Positions 23,636 to 35,900 of a stretch of DNA of 59,602 nucleotides are shown in pieces. The translations under genes and the position numbers were made by a program. The notes below the pieces were generated by a model. That model was not told the DNA's origin. It ran no database searches and was given only the letters and a program-made list of their open reading frames with translations. Numbering within the stretch: position 1 is the stretch's first letter; the number at the start of each line of letters is the position of its first letter. Origin of the DNA: Neovahlkampfia damariscottae (Eukaryota); contig JABLTG010000131.1 in the NCBI GenBank assembly GCA_016618085.1, forward strand, positions 1-59,602, written 5' to 3'.

Positions 23636-24913
23636 ATGGGAATAAAACACTCCAACTTTGATCATTCATCCGAGACCATTGAAGAACTAGGAGAATTAGA
23701 ATGGTTAAACAGACAAGTAGAAGAAAAAATAAAAATAAATCCAGAATTCATTGCCTTCTTCAAAGAAGAAAAAAATAGTTTTCTCAAATGGCATTTTTAC
23801 CAACTACACAAAAATCAAATTACACTTCTACTTCTTTACAGTTTGTTTTTTCATTTTTTTCAAATTTTTTTTAAAGACAAAGCGGTAAATGATTCACAAA
23901 TTGAACCACTTTCACTTGTTTTGAGGAAGAATACTTCCGTGAAAGTGATCAACTTGGCAAGTAAAAAAAAAAAAATTAATTTTCTGAAAGGTAATAAAAT
24001 CACAAATGAAGGGGTTTATAACTTAAGTATAATGTTGAAATATAATAAATCTATTGAAGAGTTGAATCTTTCTGAAAACCAAATTCAAGATGAAGGTGTT
24101 AAAAATTTGGCAGAAATATTATTGGAAAATCAACAATTAAAAGAGTTGTATCTGAACAGTAATTAGATCATAAATATGTTTAAAACTATATATAGATAAT
24201 ATTGTATCGGATGAAGGTGCTGGTTTTTTGGCAAATGCCTTAAGGAAAAATCCTTCTTTGGAGATTTTATCATTAAACCGTAAGAAAAAAATATTTAAAG
24301 TCAAAAGATAATCCCATTGAAATTCAAGGTTTAAAGAACTTTCACATAGCTTTATCTGAAAATACAAGATTGACAACCTTGAATTTGGAAGGTTTAAAAA
24401 AAAATTTCTTGTAACTTCCTTTTCAGGAATAAAAAAAATCGGAGACGAAGGGGCAGGAATTATATCGAAAATAATATTAAAAAACAGTTCATTAACATCC
24501 CTGAATCTAAATAGTAATCAATTTTTTCAGTACTGATTTCTTTGTCAACAGAAAATTCAATTGGTGACAAAGGAACACAAGATATTGCATGGGCAATACA
24601 AAATACAAAAACCCTAAAACAATTACACCTTTCAGGTAATAAATTCAATAAATTTGATTCAAAATTTCAGAAAACAAAATCACAAATATTGGAGCTAAAT
24701 TTCTAGTTGAATCAATGAACGAAAATAGTAGTATTCAGAAAATTTCATTGGAAGGTAAACATTGAATTCATTGAACAATTCATCTTAGATAATATCATCT
24801 TCAGTTTGTATTTATATCAACTCAAAAGTAGCATTTTGAAACAAGAAATTGGAAAATGGTTTGGTTGCGGATTTGAAGTTCCAAATGATATAATTTTTAA
24901 ATTTTATGATTAA
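23636..24913 (+). CDS. RNI/NLRC3-like leucine-rich repeat protein (copy 2, tandem paralog)
   Basis: Same N-terminal block (EFxAFFKxEKNxFLK) and same intron positions as copy 1. Confidence 0.85.
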
Positions 24914-25074
24914 ACATTTCAATTAATTAATTTCAGGATCTCACTTTATTTTTGAGCACGACAATTCCTTGACTTGGGCATGTTCTTGTTTAAACCTCAC
25001 TGTGAAATCCAACAAGAAAAAATATGTATTCTCCATGTCAGTTTTTTGTGTTGGAGATCAAAAAACAGTATTAT

Positions 25075-25843
25075 TCAACTCCAATATTTCAACTGATCAT
25101 AGAAAACCAATGCAAAGGCAGGAGCAAATTTGTGTAAAAACAGAATTTTTTTGAAGTGTTGAAACAATCCTATTGGAATGTGAATAAGAAAATATTCAGT
25201 GTCAAACCTTCATTTTTGGCTATTTCTTTGAATGTTGTTTTTGGATTTTTATGATTTTGAGCAAAATTCAGATAAAATGTTGAAACTACATTTCCAACAA
25301 ATTGAGAAGTGAAACTGGAACATTCAGCAATTATAAAGCTTGAAATAATTGAATTAACAAAATTATTTTTAAAATTAAATTGATAATAATCCCTGAAAGA
25401 GTCATAAATACCAAAATAAAATCCTCTGAAAATTGACAAAGGAATTGCTTGAAGATAAAATCCTTGATAACGACTTTTGATGATTTCTGAGAATTTCATG
25501 TTCTTTAATTGTTCATTTACAACAGTTATTTTATGTGGAAATAATGGTTTGGAAATTATTGAAGTTAAAAAAGATGCTGAAGATCCAGCAATAAAATTTA
25601 ACACAAAGCTTTTTCTGAAATTTTCTTTTGGGTTATTTTTTGGTAGTATTGATTTTATTGAGTCTTTGAACGCAAAGACTGACCCTTGAATAAATCCTGT
25701 TCGAACTATTTCTTTGACTGTAAATTGTTTTGTGTAAAAAACTAGAGAATTCTTTCAACATTGGGTTTTGATATTTTACTTACTGGTATTACAGATGAAA
25801 TACTCCCAAATGCAAAACTTTTGAGAAAACTTTGTTCTGACAT
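25075..25843 (-). CDS. highly divergent ADP/ATP-carrier-like mitochondrial carrier
   Basis: FAFKDSIK...NFIAGSSAS, YQGF...IFRGFYFGIYD, AFALVFYDQLK resemble ANT segments; two short introns; one A-run indel needed near 25150. Confidence 0.55.
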
Positions 25844-26074
25844 TAGGGTTTCCTAATTAGAAAATTGTCCAATCATTTCTTTTTGAAAAATGTTAAATTT
25901 AGAAATATTCAAATTCTTCTTTTTTCTCTGTTTTAAACTAAAATTTATCTTCTCCATTTATCTGACCAATTCCGAGGAAACACGTTGACACAACTTTAAA
26001 ATTCCGAACCAATCATTTATCAAAAAAATCAGTTTAAAAACAACGGAGATTGAAACTTCAAACAGAACAAAAAA

Positions 26075-26849
26075 ATGGACACTATGGACTCAGTATTCGG
26101 AAGAAGAACAAAATCATTCTCAATGAAAACAATAAGCGATTTTACAAACCTTGACCTCGCAGTAACCAGACATTTATCCAAAGTCTTCGCTACTTTGACC
26201 GGACTTGTAGCAATATCAGCACTCGGTGCTTACTTTCAAATAATAACAAATTTTAGTACTACAATTAGTGGAGTATTAGCTTTCTTTTTACTTTTAGGTG
26301 TTGTTTTTACCGGTTTTTCAACAACTTCACCAGCAACAGTAAAAAAAAAAAAAAAAAAATTAATTTACTAATTTTAAACAGAGACTTACTCTTTTATTCA
26401 CATTTGGATTCTTTGAAGGTGCTTCTATTGGTTCTTTAATTGATCATGTTATTCAAATTGACCCAATGCTAATTGTAGTTGCGTTTTTAGCCACAACTAC
26501 AATTTTTGCTTGTTTTGCTGGATTTGCTATACTTTCACAAAGAAGATCACTTTTATATTTAGGAGGTTATCTTTCATCAGCTATTTCAGTTATGCTTCTT
26601 TTTTCATTTTTCAATATTTTCTTCAACAGCAATGCTAATTACTTTATTCAATTGTATTTTGGTCTTTTAGTATTTATGGGTTATGTTGTATTTGACACAC
26701 AAATGATTATTGAAAAAGCAAGTTTAGGTGATAGAGACTTTGTTTCACATTCTCTTGATCTTTTTATTGATTTTGTTGCAATTTTTGTCAGAATTTTAAT
26801 CATTTTAGCAAATAATAACAAAAAAAAAAGAAATGATGATAGAGATTAA
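26075..26849 (+). CDS. Bax inhibitor-1 (TMBIM6-like)
   Basis: HLSKVFATL, RRSLLYLGGYLSS, YVVFDTQMIIEKA..GDRDFVSHSLDLFIDF, basic tail; intron 26339-26381. Confidence 0.92.
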
Positions 26850-26880
26850 ATCACTTTTTTATTGGCTTGTATTTTATTTT

Positions 26881-28227
26881 TTACCAATCACCATCTCTTA
26901 TTTCATTTTGATTTTTTTTTCCTAATTGTACAACATTTTCAATTTTAATTGAATTATCATTTTGTTTTGAATATCCATATTTCTCTTGATCAATCTCTTT
27001 GACTGATTTAACATTCGATAAAATATTTGATTTTTTTATATCTGATTTTCCTTCATCCCATAAATCATACCATGCATATCCAAAATCATTATAGGTTTGT
27101 GCTGATATTGGTGTATCGGGTAATGGTTTACCTGTAATCTTTGAATACATCGTACTGTTCACAATATGAACATAAACTCGACCGAAATTATTTTCATCCC
27201 AAAAATCAACACCAAATTGATCTCTATAGATTTTTTGTTTCATTTTACCACCAGATGCTAATCCCATTTCTTTTGCTTCTGAAAATGCATTTTGTCTTTC
27301 TTCAACATAAAAATCATCAGATGACGAAATTGGTTTGGATTTCTTCTTATCAATCTTTGATCTGTTGATTGATTTTTCAATTGGAGCAAAATCATAACTT
27401 TCAGGAATTGCCATATCACAAACAGGCATTGATTGTTTGAATGAAGGTGTTGATTGTGGAACTATCATTCCAGAATTTGAAAAAGGAATATTTTTTCCTT
27501 TTCCGAATGTACTCTTTGGAACAGGTTTTGGATGATGTGGTTTTTTTGGTGGCTTAGGATGTGGTTTTGGATATGGTTTCATAATTGGTATTTCTTCTTC
27601 TGGGTATTCTATTGGATAATCCACAATTGGTTCTTCAATCAATTTTTTGTCTTTTTTGTCATAAACGCATAATTGAATTCCACCAAATTCTTCTTTTCCA
27701 GTGACTTGTCCTTCAACTGTATAACCACCTCCAAGTGGCATAGCAACAAATTGTCTGACTGTACCATCACCTGCATTAATTCCGTCCAACCAAGGTTGAT
27801 TTGGAATAACAACATAATCATTATCTCCTTTCTTTAAATTTTGATTCCATGTTTTTCCAGAAAGAGCATTTACTTTTCCTATGGCTACTTTTACAGCTTT
27901 TGGTGATTTTTCTGATCCATTAAATTTCATCCACATTGCTTCTCTTTGGTACATTGGTATAAAAACTCCGCCATGGTTTTTCCATTCTTCTGGTACTTTG
28001 TCCAAATAATCATCAACTTTTTCAACTGGAAAGGGTCCTAATGAAGGTGGTAATGGATATATCTTATCGTCATCTGGGATTCTAAGAGTTCTTTGAAATG
28101 AGATTGAAATTTTTTCTGAAGAATTTTCATCACCGAAAATAATTTCATCTTTTTTGACGGTGACATTCATCTTCTTGGAAGTTGTATTTGGTTCAATAAC
28201 TGTTTCTTCTGTTGGTTTGATTTTCAT
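26881..28227 (-). CDS. conserved uncharacterised protein (family seen in fungi and bacteria)
   Basis: ISFQRTLRIPDD.KIYPLPPSLG, GGVFIPMYQREAMW, QPWLDGI, VRQFVAMPLG.GYTVEGQVTG.EEFGGIQ, MGLASGGKMKQKIYRD, TPISAQTY; intronless. Confidence 0.75.
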   Translation of the reverse strand: MKIKPTEETVIEPNTTSKKMNVTVKKDEIIFGDENSSEKISISFQRTLRIPDDDKIYPLPPSLGPFPVEKVDDYLDKVPEEWKNHGGVFIPMYQREAMWMKFNGSEKSPKAVKVAIGKVNALSGKTWNQNLKKGDNDYVVIPNQPWLDGINAGDGTVRQFVAMPLGGGYTVEGQVTGKEEFGGIQLCVYDKKDKKLIEEPIVDYPIEYPEEEIPIMKPYPKPHPKPPKKPHHPKPVPKSTFGKGKNIPFSNSGMIVPQSTPSFKQSMPVCDMAIPESYDFAPIEKSINRSKIDKKKSKPISSSDDFYVEERQNAFSEAKEMGLASGGKMKQKIYRDQFGVDFWDENNFGRVYVHIVNSTMYSKITGKPLPDTPISAQTYNDFGYAWYDLWDEGKSDIKKSNILSNVKSVKEIDQEKYGYSKQNDNSIKIENVVQLGKKNQNEIRDGDW

Positions 28228-28400
28228 TTTGTGTCTTTTTTCTTTTCACACACTTTTATATGATTGGTTATTCTAAATTTAGAACTGCTTTTTCTTTTTT
28301 TTTTCTCCATCAAAATAATAATAAATTTGTTCAAATTTGCAAATTAGAATTGTGAAAACAACAGAACTCGTAAATATTTATTCAACTAACAACCCTCCCC

Positions 28401-29075
28401 TCACAAGTGGCAATTATTCAATACTTCTTTTCTTTTTTTACTTTTTCTGTTTTTATTTGGACCATAAACATCTTTATTATGATTATTAACCATTTGTTGA
28501 AATGACTTTCCAGAATTCTTTGGTTGTGTTTTATGAACATACACAACAAATTCAGCGTCAGTTTCTTTTTTTTCATTATTTTCTTTTGGTGATTTTTGAA
28601 CTCCTTTTTTACCTGGTTCTCTTTTTTCAACTGTTTTTTTACCTTTTCTTGTTTGAATTACTTCTTTAGTTTCTACTTCTTGTTCTTTTTCTTCTGGTTG
28701 ATTTTTTGATTCTTCAGGTGATTTATATTGTTGGTTAATAGGTTTTCTATTTGCTGTCCTGCTTCCTTTTTGATTGAGCTCAGCATATTCATCCACAATG
28801 TAGTTTGAATCTTTTTTTGTTTCTTCAATAACTTCCCATGCTTTATTTTTATTCAAAGATTGTGTTATAGTTATAGAAGTTCCAAGTGAACAGTAATATG
28901 AATGTTCTGATGGTTGTTCATTGGTGTTGAGTGCATCTTTGACATTTTGTAGCTGATAAGTGGTAGGTTTGGTTGTTTGATGCTTTGAATGGTAATCATA
29001 TTTCACTGTATTTCCAGTTCTAATACCCATTTTTTTTCCTTTATTTCTGTTGTTTGGTTTTTTATCCAAGTCCAT
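28401..29075 (-). CDS. hypothetical Lys/Glu/Asn-rich protein
   Basis: 224-aa intronless ORF with an ATTGG box upstream. Confidence 0.6.
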   Translation of the reverse strand: MDLDKKPNNRNKGKKMGIRTGNTVKYDYHSKHQTTKPTTYQLQNVKDALNTNEQPSEHSYYCSLGTSITITQSLNKNKAWEVIEETKKDSNYIVDEYAELNQKGSRTANRKPINQQYKSPEESKNQPEEKEQEVETKEVIQTRKGKKTVEKREPGKKGVQKSPKENNEKKETDAEFVVYVHKTQPKNSGKSFQQMVNNHNKDVYGPNKNRKSKKRKEVLNNCHL

Positions 29076-29156
29076 CTTGTTGATGTTTGATTGATAAAGG
29101 AATGTGTTTGATTGGTGGAATATTAAAATCTAAAAATAAAGGTGAAATCTTAATGA

Positions 29157-29860
29157 TTAAATGAAATAATTTATTGTTTGATTATTTGAATTTTTGATTT
29201 GATCATATTCTAAACGATACTTACTTTTCAGGAATCTGCAAAATGTATCTGAGATACAGTTATTACATACATCATCAATAACTTTATCAAAAATGTCACT
29301 GAAAGTATCATGTTGTTCTTTTAATTCTTCTGCTTCTTTAATATTTTCTTCAACTTCTTTGGCTAATTTCATTGGAATATTAACTTGCATATCTACCATC
29401 TTTTATTGCTGAAATGACATCCATTTTCATCATTGCAGTGACATGTTTCATCAAACTAACTGAACCAATTCCAAGTAATTCTTGAGTTGTTTTGTTGGTC
29501 CTTGCATATAATAAATTTGAAACATATTTGTCTTTGCATTTGGACATATATTTTAATGCTACATTTTCTTCACCTTGGTGCACAATGACTGGGATAGTGT
29601 TCAACTTTAGCATTGGAGGAAGAAGACAGCCAAGCTCTGCAATAACTTCTTGACAAATACTGGAAATATTAATATGAAATATTTTCATACGGACATCCAT
29701 ACCATTTTATGAAAAAGATCATTACTGAATGTTTCAAACTGAGATCATGAACTGAAACTCCCACGTTGGTTTTCATGTCTTGGAATTGTTGTTTTAAAGC
29801 ATCAAGTTTATCAACACTAAATAATTCAGCTGAAAATGCTTTTTCTACGTTCTCGCTCAT
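29157..29860 (-). pseudogene. AhpC/TSA-2 (PRXL2-like, CxxC) N-half joined out of frame to an RGS C-half
   Basis: Intron ~29690-29660 gives VMIFFIKWYGCPICQE...IPVIVHQG; frame changes near 29395 to MQVNIP...IFDKVIDDV...DTFCRFLKS. Confidence 0.55.
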
Positions 29861-30006
29861 TGTACTCCAAAAATAAACAGGTTGTTCTAATTTCTTGTGA
29901 TTGGTCTTTTTTTATTCTAAAAAGTTCTAATTTGGACAAAAAATCTGATCCAATCAAGAGTTTACTAGTCTAGTGTCATCTGAAGTTATTTCAAAATGTA
30001 GTTGAT

Positions 30007-31224
30007 TCAAACAGTCTTTATCAATATATTATCAAATTTAAGTGTCAAATCAAAAGTTGGAACATCCTCAATCCATTTGAAATATCTTTTTGATATCCAT
30101 TCTGTTTCTTTACTTTTAGAATAACGAAATGGAAGTAAATCAATAGAAGCTCCTTTTCTAATCAACATATGAATCAAATCCTTATCATTTTTGAATTTAT
30201 CAGGTAGTCTTAAATAAACAGTTGGATTCAACTCTAATAACTCCATAATAAAATCTCTATTGTATTTCAAATCATCAGAAAGCAAATTAAAACTGATAGT
30301 ATTTTTGACTATCGCCCATAACATTATTTCTGGATTTGAATACCATACTTCAGGTATTGAATCAACTTCCAAACCGTATTTTACTGCTTGATGCATGAAT
30401 TTGAATTCATTTTTAAATTGAATATAATTTCTATGACAAATAAGAGATGGATCTGATTTGATAGCTGCTAAAATACAATCTTCGTCATTTTTTAAATGAT
30501 CAGGTGCTCTGTGCACAAAATTAGAACTACTTTCAGAGAGTGACATCAGAAAGAAATCTTTTTCGTTTTTAAATTTGTCGCTTAAATATGAATAACAACT
30601 TCCGTCTTTTTTTAAGAGTTGAAGTATCAGTTCTTTGTCCTGTTGAAGTTCTTCTGATGCACTAAAATAAACTGCTGCGTCATATTTCATGAACTCTGAA
30701 ATGAATTGTTTTTTGTTTTTTAAATTAGTTTCTAAATGATGTATCAAAATGTTTTGGTTTTTTTTTGAATAGAGTACAAACAATGTGTCCTTTAGCATTT
30801 TAGATTTTTTGTGATTTTTCATTGCCATACGAACCAATTCTTCATCGTTTCTTAAATCTTCTGATACATGAAGGATACAATAAGCATTCAATTTTATTCC
30901 TTCAACAACCAAAGATCTATCAGTTAGGAACTTTTCTGGTGCTGTTTTTAAAGTTTCCATCGCCGCAAGTGTCATATTTCCACTTGATAAAAAAGAGAAA
31001 AGTGTTTCAACATTTTCTTTAAATTCACTTGGAATAAAGTAATAACTTAAAGGAACTAATTTAACAAAACCAATCCAAAAATTTTCTTTTTTTTTGAGTT
31101 TTACAGGTATTTTATCAATTTTTGGTTTGAGGGTTTTGGTGTCTTGAATCGTTGAAAAAGGAGCTGACATCAATATGTACTCTTCAACATCTTCATCTAT
31201 GTTTGGTGTCACAGAATTACCCAT
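30007..31224 (-). CDS. DUF4116 repeat protein, MG start
   Basis: Repeats SEDLRNDEELV, SEELQQDKELI, SDKFKNEKDF, PDHLKNDEDCI, SDDLKYNRDFI, PDKFKNDKDLI. Confidence 0.85.
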   Translation of the reverse strand: MGNSVTPNIDEDVEEYILMSAPFSTIQDTKTLKPKIDKIPVKLKKKENFWIGFVKLVPLSYYFIPSEFKENVETLFSFLSSGNMTLAAMETLKTAPEKFLTDRSLVVEGIKLNAYCILHVSEDLRNDEELVRMAMKNHKKSKMLKDTLFVLYSKKNQNILIHHLETNLKNKKQFISEFMKYDAAVYFSASEELQQDKELILQLLKKDGSCYSYLSDKFKNEKDFFLMSLSESSSNFVHRAPDHLKNDEDCILAAIKSDPSLICHRNYIQFKNEFKFMHQAVKYGLEVDSIPEVWYSNPEIMLWAIVKNTISFNLLSDDLKYNRDFIMELLELNPTVYLRLPDKFKNDKDLIHMLIRKGASIDLLPFRYSKSKETEWISKRYFKWIEDVPTFDLTLKFDNILIKTV

Positions 31225-31553
31225 TTTTTAATTTATGTTAAATTTTGAAAAAAAGGAATTCTCCAGAAAAATGAATAACCCGTGATTGGTCGATTTTTTT
31301 TAACCAATCAATTGCTGATGAAACGTCAAAAATCAATTAACACTGTGAGTCTTTGAAGTCTTGTTCTTCTTCTTGACCACTATTTTTAAGTGTTTTAGGC
31401 CGATTTTGTCTTTGAATATGGTTGCTCGGAAATTTTGTTTTTGGGTGCAAATTGATTTCAATTTTAAACAACTCTTTCGTTCGGACATTGCGTTGTCAAT
31501 TGGCTTCTTTTTAAAATTTCTAAAGTGGAACAATGCTTTATTGATTTGAATAT

Positions 31554-32739
31554 TTATCTTTTTAATTCAGAAAAACCTTTTCCATTCTTTTTTCCATACC
31601 ATCCTTTACAACAAATTAAAATTTAAATTTTATGGTTACCAGCTTCGACCATTTTGACCAAAAGAGGTGATGGCCTGTATTTTGAATCACCAAATTCTGT
31701 ATGTAAAACTTTCATTATTGAAAGACAAGTATCTAATCCAATAAATTCAGCCAAACTTTTAAAAATTAAAAAAAAATAAATTTTACGTCAATGGTCCCAT
31801 TGGAACATTTGTTCCTGTAATTAATAGAAATTATATACATTGTTTAAATTTTACCTAACTTCATTCCTTTATCAATATCTTCTGCATTTGCAATACCTTC
31901 ATGTAAAACTTGAACTGCTTCATTAATGTAAGGCATTAAAATTCTATTTATGATAAAACCAGGTGAATCTTTGCTAACAACCTTCAATTAACAGTTAGAA
32001 TAGTTATTTTCGAATCTAACGATTTCTTTGTTCATTTCATTTGTAAGTTGAACAGTTGTTGTATAAGTATCGATTGAAGTTTGTAATCCATTAATAACTT
32101 CAACAAGTTTCATAACAGGAACAGGGTTCATAAAGTGCATTCCTAAAAAGAATAAATTTAACCAAGAAAATCTCACCAATAACTTTATCAGGTCTTTTTG
32201 TAACTTGGGCTAATTTTGTGATTGAAATAGAAGATGTATTTGAAGCAAGAACTTAAAAATTAAAGAAAAATAAAATTTGAACTTGTTTCATCTTTTGAGT
32301 TGTTTGAAAGTTCTTGTGAAAACTTTTTAACATTTATTTTTTTTTTACCTTCAAAAATTTTTAATTTTGTTTCTGTATGTTCAGTAGCTGCCTCAACAAC
32401 AAAATCACAACTATTTAAATCTTTTAATGAAGTAGTTGTTTTAATTCTTGATTTAATTTCTTTTCCTTCATTGTCCGTTATTTTTCCTTTTTGAATCATT
32501 TTTTGAATCAGAGAATCTTTTTTTTTCAATAAAGTTTTAATTTTACCATAGTAATTATTTGCTCTATTTAAACTTTCTTGTGATGCATCCATCAAAGTGA
32601 CTTGGTATTTTGCATTTGATGAAGCAACAAAACCAATTCCTGAACCCATTTGACCTGCTCCAACGACACCAAAGTTTTTGATGGAATATTGTTGAATTTT
32701 AACTGAATTGACTTGTTTGGTGAGTAACTTTCTAAACAT
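31554..32739 (-). CDS. 3-hydroxybutyryl-CoA / 3-hydroxyacyl-CoA dehydrogenase, mitochondrial
   Basis: [61 protein letters not shown]; multiple short introns. Confidence 0.92.
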
Positions 32740-32929
32740 CTCTCGAAATAAAATAATTGGATAAAATTTTTTATTGTAGTTCAAACTTTGGAATCTTCGT
32801 TATTTTTTATTTTACTACAAAAAAATAATTTTTTTTTTTATTTTTTTTTTCCTAGAGTGATGATTGGTGATTTAACAAAATGAGTCAAAGAAACTACCAA
32901 TCAAATCGAATTTACAAAAAGAAGAGAAG

Positions 32930-35900
32930 ATGAGAACAATTGCCTTGTCAATCTGTTTCTTTTTACTTGTTGGTTTTATCATGAATGTTAATGCCCAAGT
33001 TTCACAATCTTGTGAATGGGTACTCGTCAAAAAAACCAAAAATACTCAAATCAAAGAACGTACATGTTGTAACTTCAGAATTGTTAATGGTCAAAAAACA
33101 AAAATTGGATGTGACAAAAACAAATTTACTGTTGTTAGCAAAAACAAATCAGGTTGTCGTTTAAAACCTGTAGCTGGAGGAGTTAGAAATAGATGTTGCA
33201 AATGGGTTTCCTCATGCGCTCAAGAAGCTGGAAAAGCTAAAAAATGTTTCACTCATTCAGAAAGATGTCATTTCGTTGGTAAAGTACAAAATGGAAAAGC
33301 TGCTAAAAATGCTCTTCATAAAGCTACTGGAAAACGTTTTATCAAAGAAAACTGTACTTGGAGAGTTTTATCAAAAGGACCAAAGACAACGATTAAACAA
33401 AAAATTTGTTGTAGAGGAAATTCCTGTCATAAAACAAACCATAAAGTTCTTAACAAAAAATTTCTTAAATGTGTCATGAAAAATAAACATGGTGTCACAA
33501 GAAATAGATGTTGCTGTTGGACTACATCATGTGATTATCTTAAAAATAAGAAAATCAAATGTTTCAATCACTCAGCACGTTGTTCATGGAATAAACCAGT
33601 TTTTAAATCAAAATGTCATTACCAAATTGTTAGAAAAGCACCTGGTAAAGTAGTTAAACAAAGATTTTGTTGTTTCAGAGGAAAGTGTCATAAAACTTCA
33701 TATCAAATCATTAGCTCAAAAAAAAAGAAATGTGTAATGAAAAGACGTAATGGAGTTTTAAATAAAAGATGTTGCTCATGGACTACTTCATGTAATTTTG
33801 CACAAGGAAAAAAGAAAAAATGTTTCAATCATTCAACAAAATGTTATTGGGGTTTTCAAAAAAGAAAAATTGTTCCTGGTTGCAAATACTGTGTTGTTTC
33901 AAAAAGAGGAAATACAACAACCAAAATCAAAACTTGTTGTACAAATAAAAAATGTACAAGAACAAAAGATTTGATCATTAATAAATCACATTCAAGATGT
34001 GTTTCAAAAGGCAAAGGAAAAAGATGTTGCGATTGGACTACAACTTGTAAATATCAAGGTACAAAGAAATTAAACTGTTTCAATCATTCACAAAAATGTT
34101 ATAACCTCAACAAAGGATGTCAATTTATTGTTATTTCAAGAAGAGGAAATAAAGTTGTTAAAGCAGCACGTGGTCATTGTAAACAACCATTTAACAAAGT
34201 CATCAATTATACACATTCAAAATGTAAAAAAAATAGATGTTGTAAATGGAAAAAATCATGTACTTTCAAAGGGTCAAAGAAATTAAAATGTTTTGTTCAT
34301 TCTCAAAGATGTTGGAATAAAAAATCAAACAAAAAATGTTCATGCACTTGGAGAAGAAAAAAATTCAAAAATATTATCACAAAACAATTATACTGTTGTA
34401 ATGCTAAAAAATGTATCAAAAGAAATCATTCAATTACTGTTACTTTACGATATAGATGCGCTACAAAACAACATAAAACAAGATGTTGTTCATGGAGAGT
34501 TGCTTGTGAAAATAAGAATGGAAAAAGAAAATGTTTCAATCATTCAGCAAGTTGTAAATGGAAATCAAATTGTGATGGTTGTAAATACAGAACTATTTCA
34601 GTTAGAGGAAATACAACAACAAAACAAAAATATTGTTGTCATAAAGGTCACTGTATGAAAAAACCATCAAAAATTGTTAACCAAACAAAATATAAATGTG
34701 TTAAAAGAGCACATGGAGCTTCACTTAGAAATAGATGTTGTAAATGGAAAACAAGTTGTTCTTATGAAAAAGGAATTAAACTCAAATGTTTCAATCATTC
34801 ACAAAAATGTTTCTGGCAAGGTTCTAAAATTCCTTCAAAAGTTTCACTTAAGTGTTCATGGAAAACAGGAAAATCAACAAAATATTCAACAACAAAATAT
34901 AAAGTTTGTTGTAGTGGAAACAAATGTTCAAGAAATGGTTCAAAAATTGTTGTTTCAAATGTTACAAAATGTTCAATTAAAAATGAAAAACAAAAAGAAT
35001 GTTGTACTCACAAACAAAGTTGTCACTATATTGTTGATGCAAGAAAATCTGTTCGTTGTAGAAAACTCTCAAAACCAAAATGTGCTATGGTAAATATCTC
35101 AAAAAAAGATGGTTGTTATTGGACTACATTTTCAAAGAATGGAGCAACAACAAAGAAAGATAAAGTTTGTTGTCAAAATGGTATTTGTACAAAATCAAAA
35201 GATGAAATTACAAATGTTCACAAAGAAAAATGTGTTTTAAGACAACATGGAAAAGATTTAGGAATGAGATGTTGCAAATGGATTTCATCTAATCTTATTC
35301 AAGAAGGTGCTCAATCCAAATCATTCACTCATTCAGAAAGTTGTGAATGGAAAAAAGCAAAATGTTCATGGAAAACAGTCAGCAATACAAGAACAAAAAG
35401 AGTTAAAGTTAGAGTTTTGTGTCATGGTAAACATTGTCTTCATACAAAAGATGTTGTTACTATCCACAAAAAATCAAAATGTGTTTCAAGAAAATACAAA
35501 AACGGAAAAAAACAAAGATGTTGCGATTGGAAAAAATCATGTTATACAAATGGTAAAAAAAGAAAATGTCTCGTACACTCAGCTAAATGTTCATGGAGAG
35601 GAAAAATTACAACAACAAGAATTGCTACTTTATGTTATTGGAAACGAGTTTCAAAACATCAAAATCAAGAAACAAAGAAAAGATTCTGTTGTCCACATAA
35701 AATTACTTGTAAAGGAAAGTCATGTTCAAAAAGAAAAATTGGAGCATGTGCTTCACCAGGACAAGTTATTAAAAATATTATCAAACACAGATGTCAAATC
35801 AGAAAACATAACTTTGCTCAAAGAAATAGATGTTGTACATGGGTTAAATCTTGTGTTTCATTGAAATATAACAATACAAGATGTTTCACACATTCAGGAA

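Noticed and set aside
2380..25155. Programmed frameshifts at ~2386, ~15565 and ~25150
   Set aside because: Each is one missing base in an A/T homopolymer with no stimulatory structure; sequencing error is more likely.
28386..28403. Possible Sec readthrough at the end of the 28401-29075 gene (CHL-TGA-GEGC-TAG)
   Set aside because: No SECIS-like AUGA/GA hairpin found downstream on the - strand, and no known selenoprotein motif.
31315..31549. CTGATGA (hammerhead core or C box) and small ORFs between the DUF4116 and dehydrogenase genes
   Set aside because: No matching GAAA/stems or D box; the ORFs are short and motif-free.
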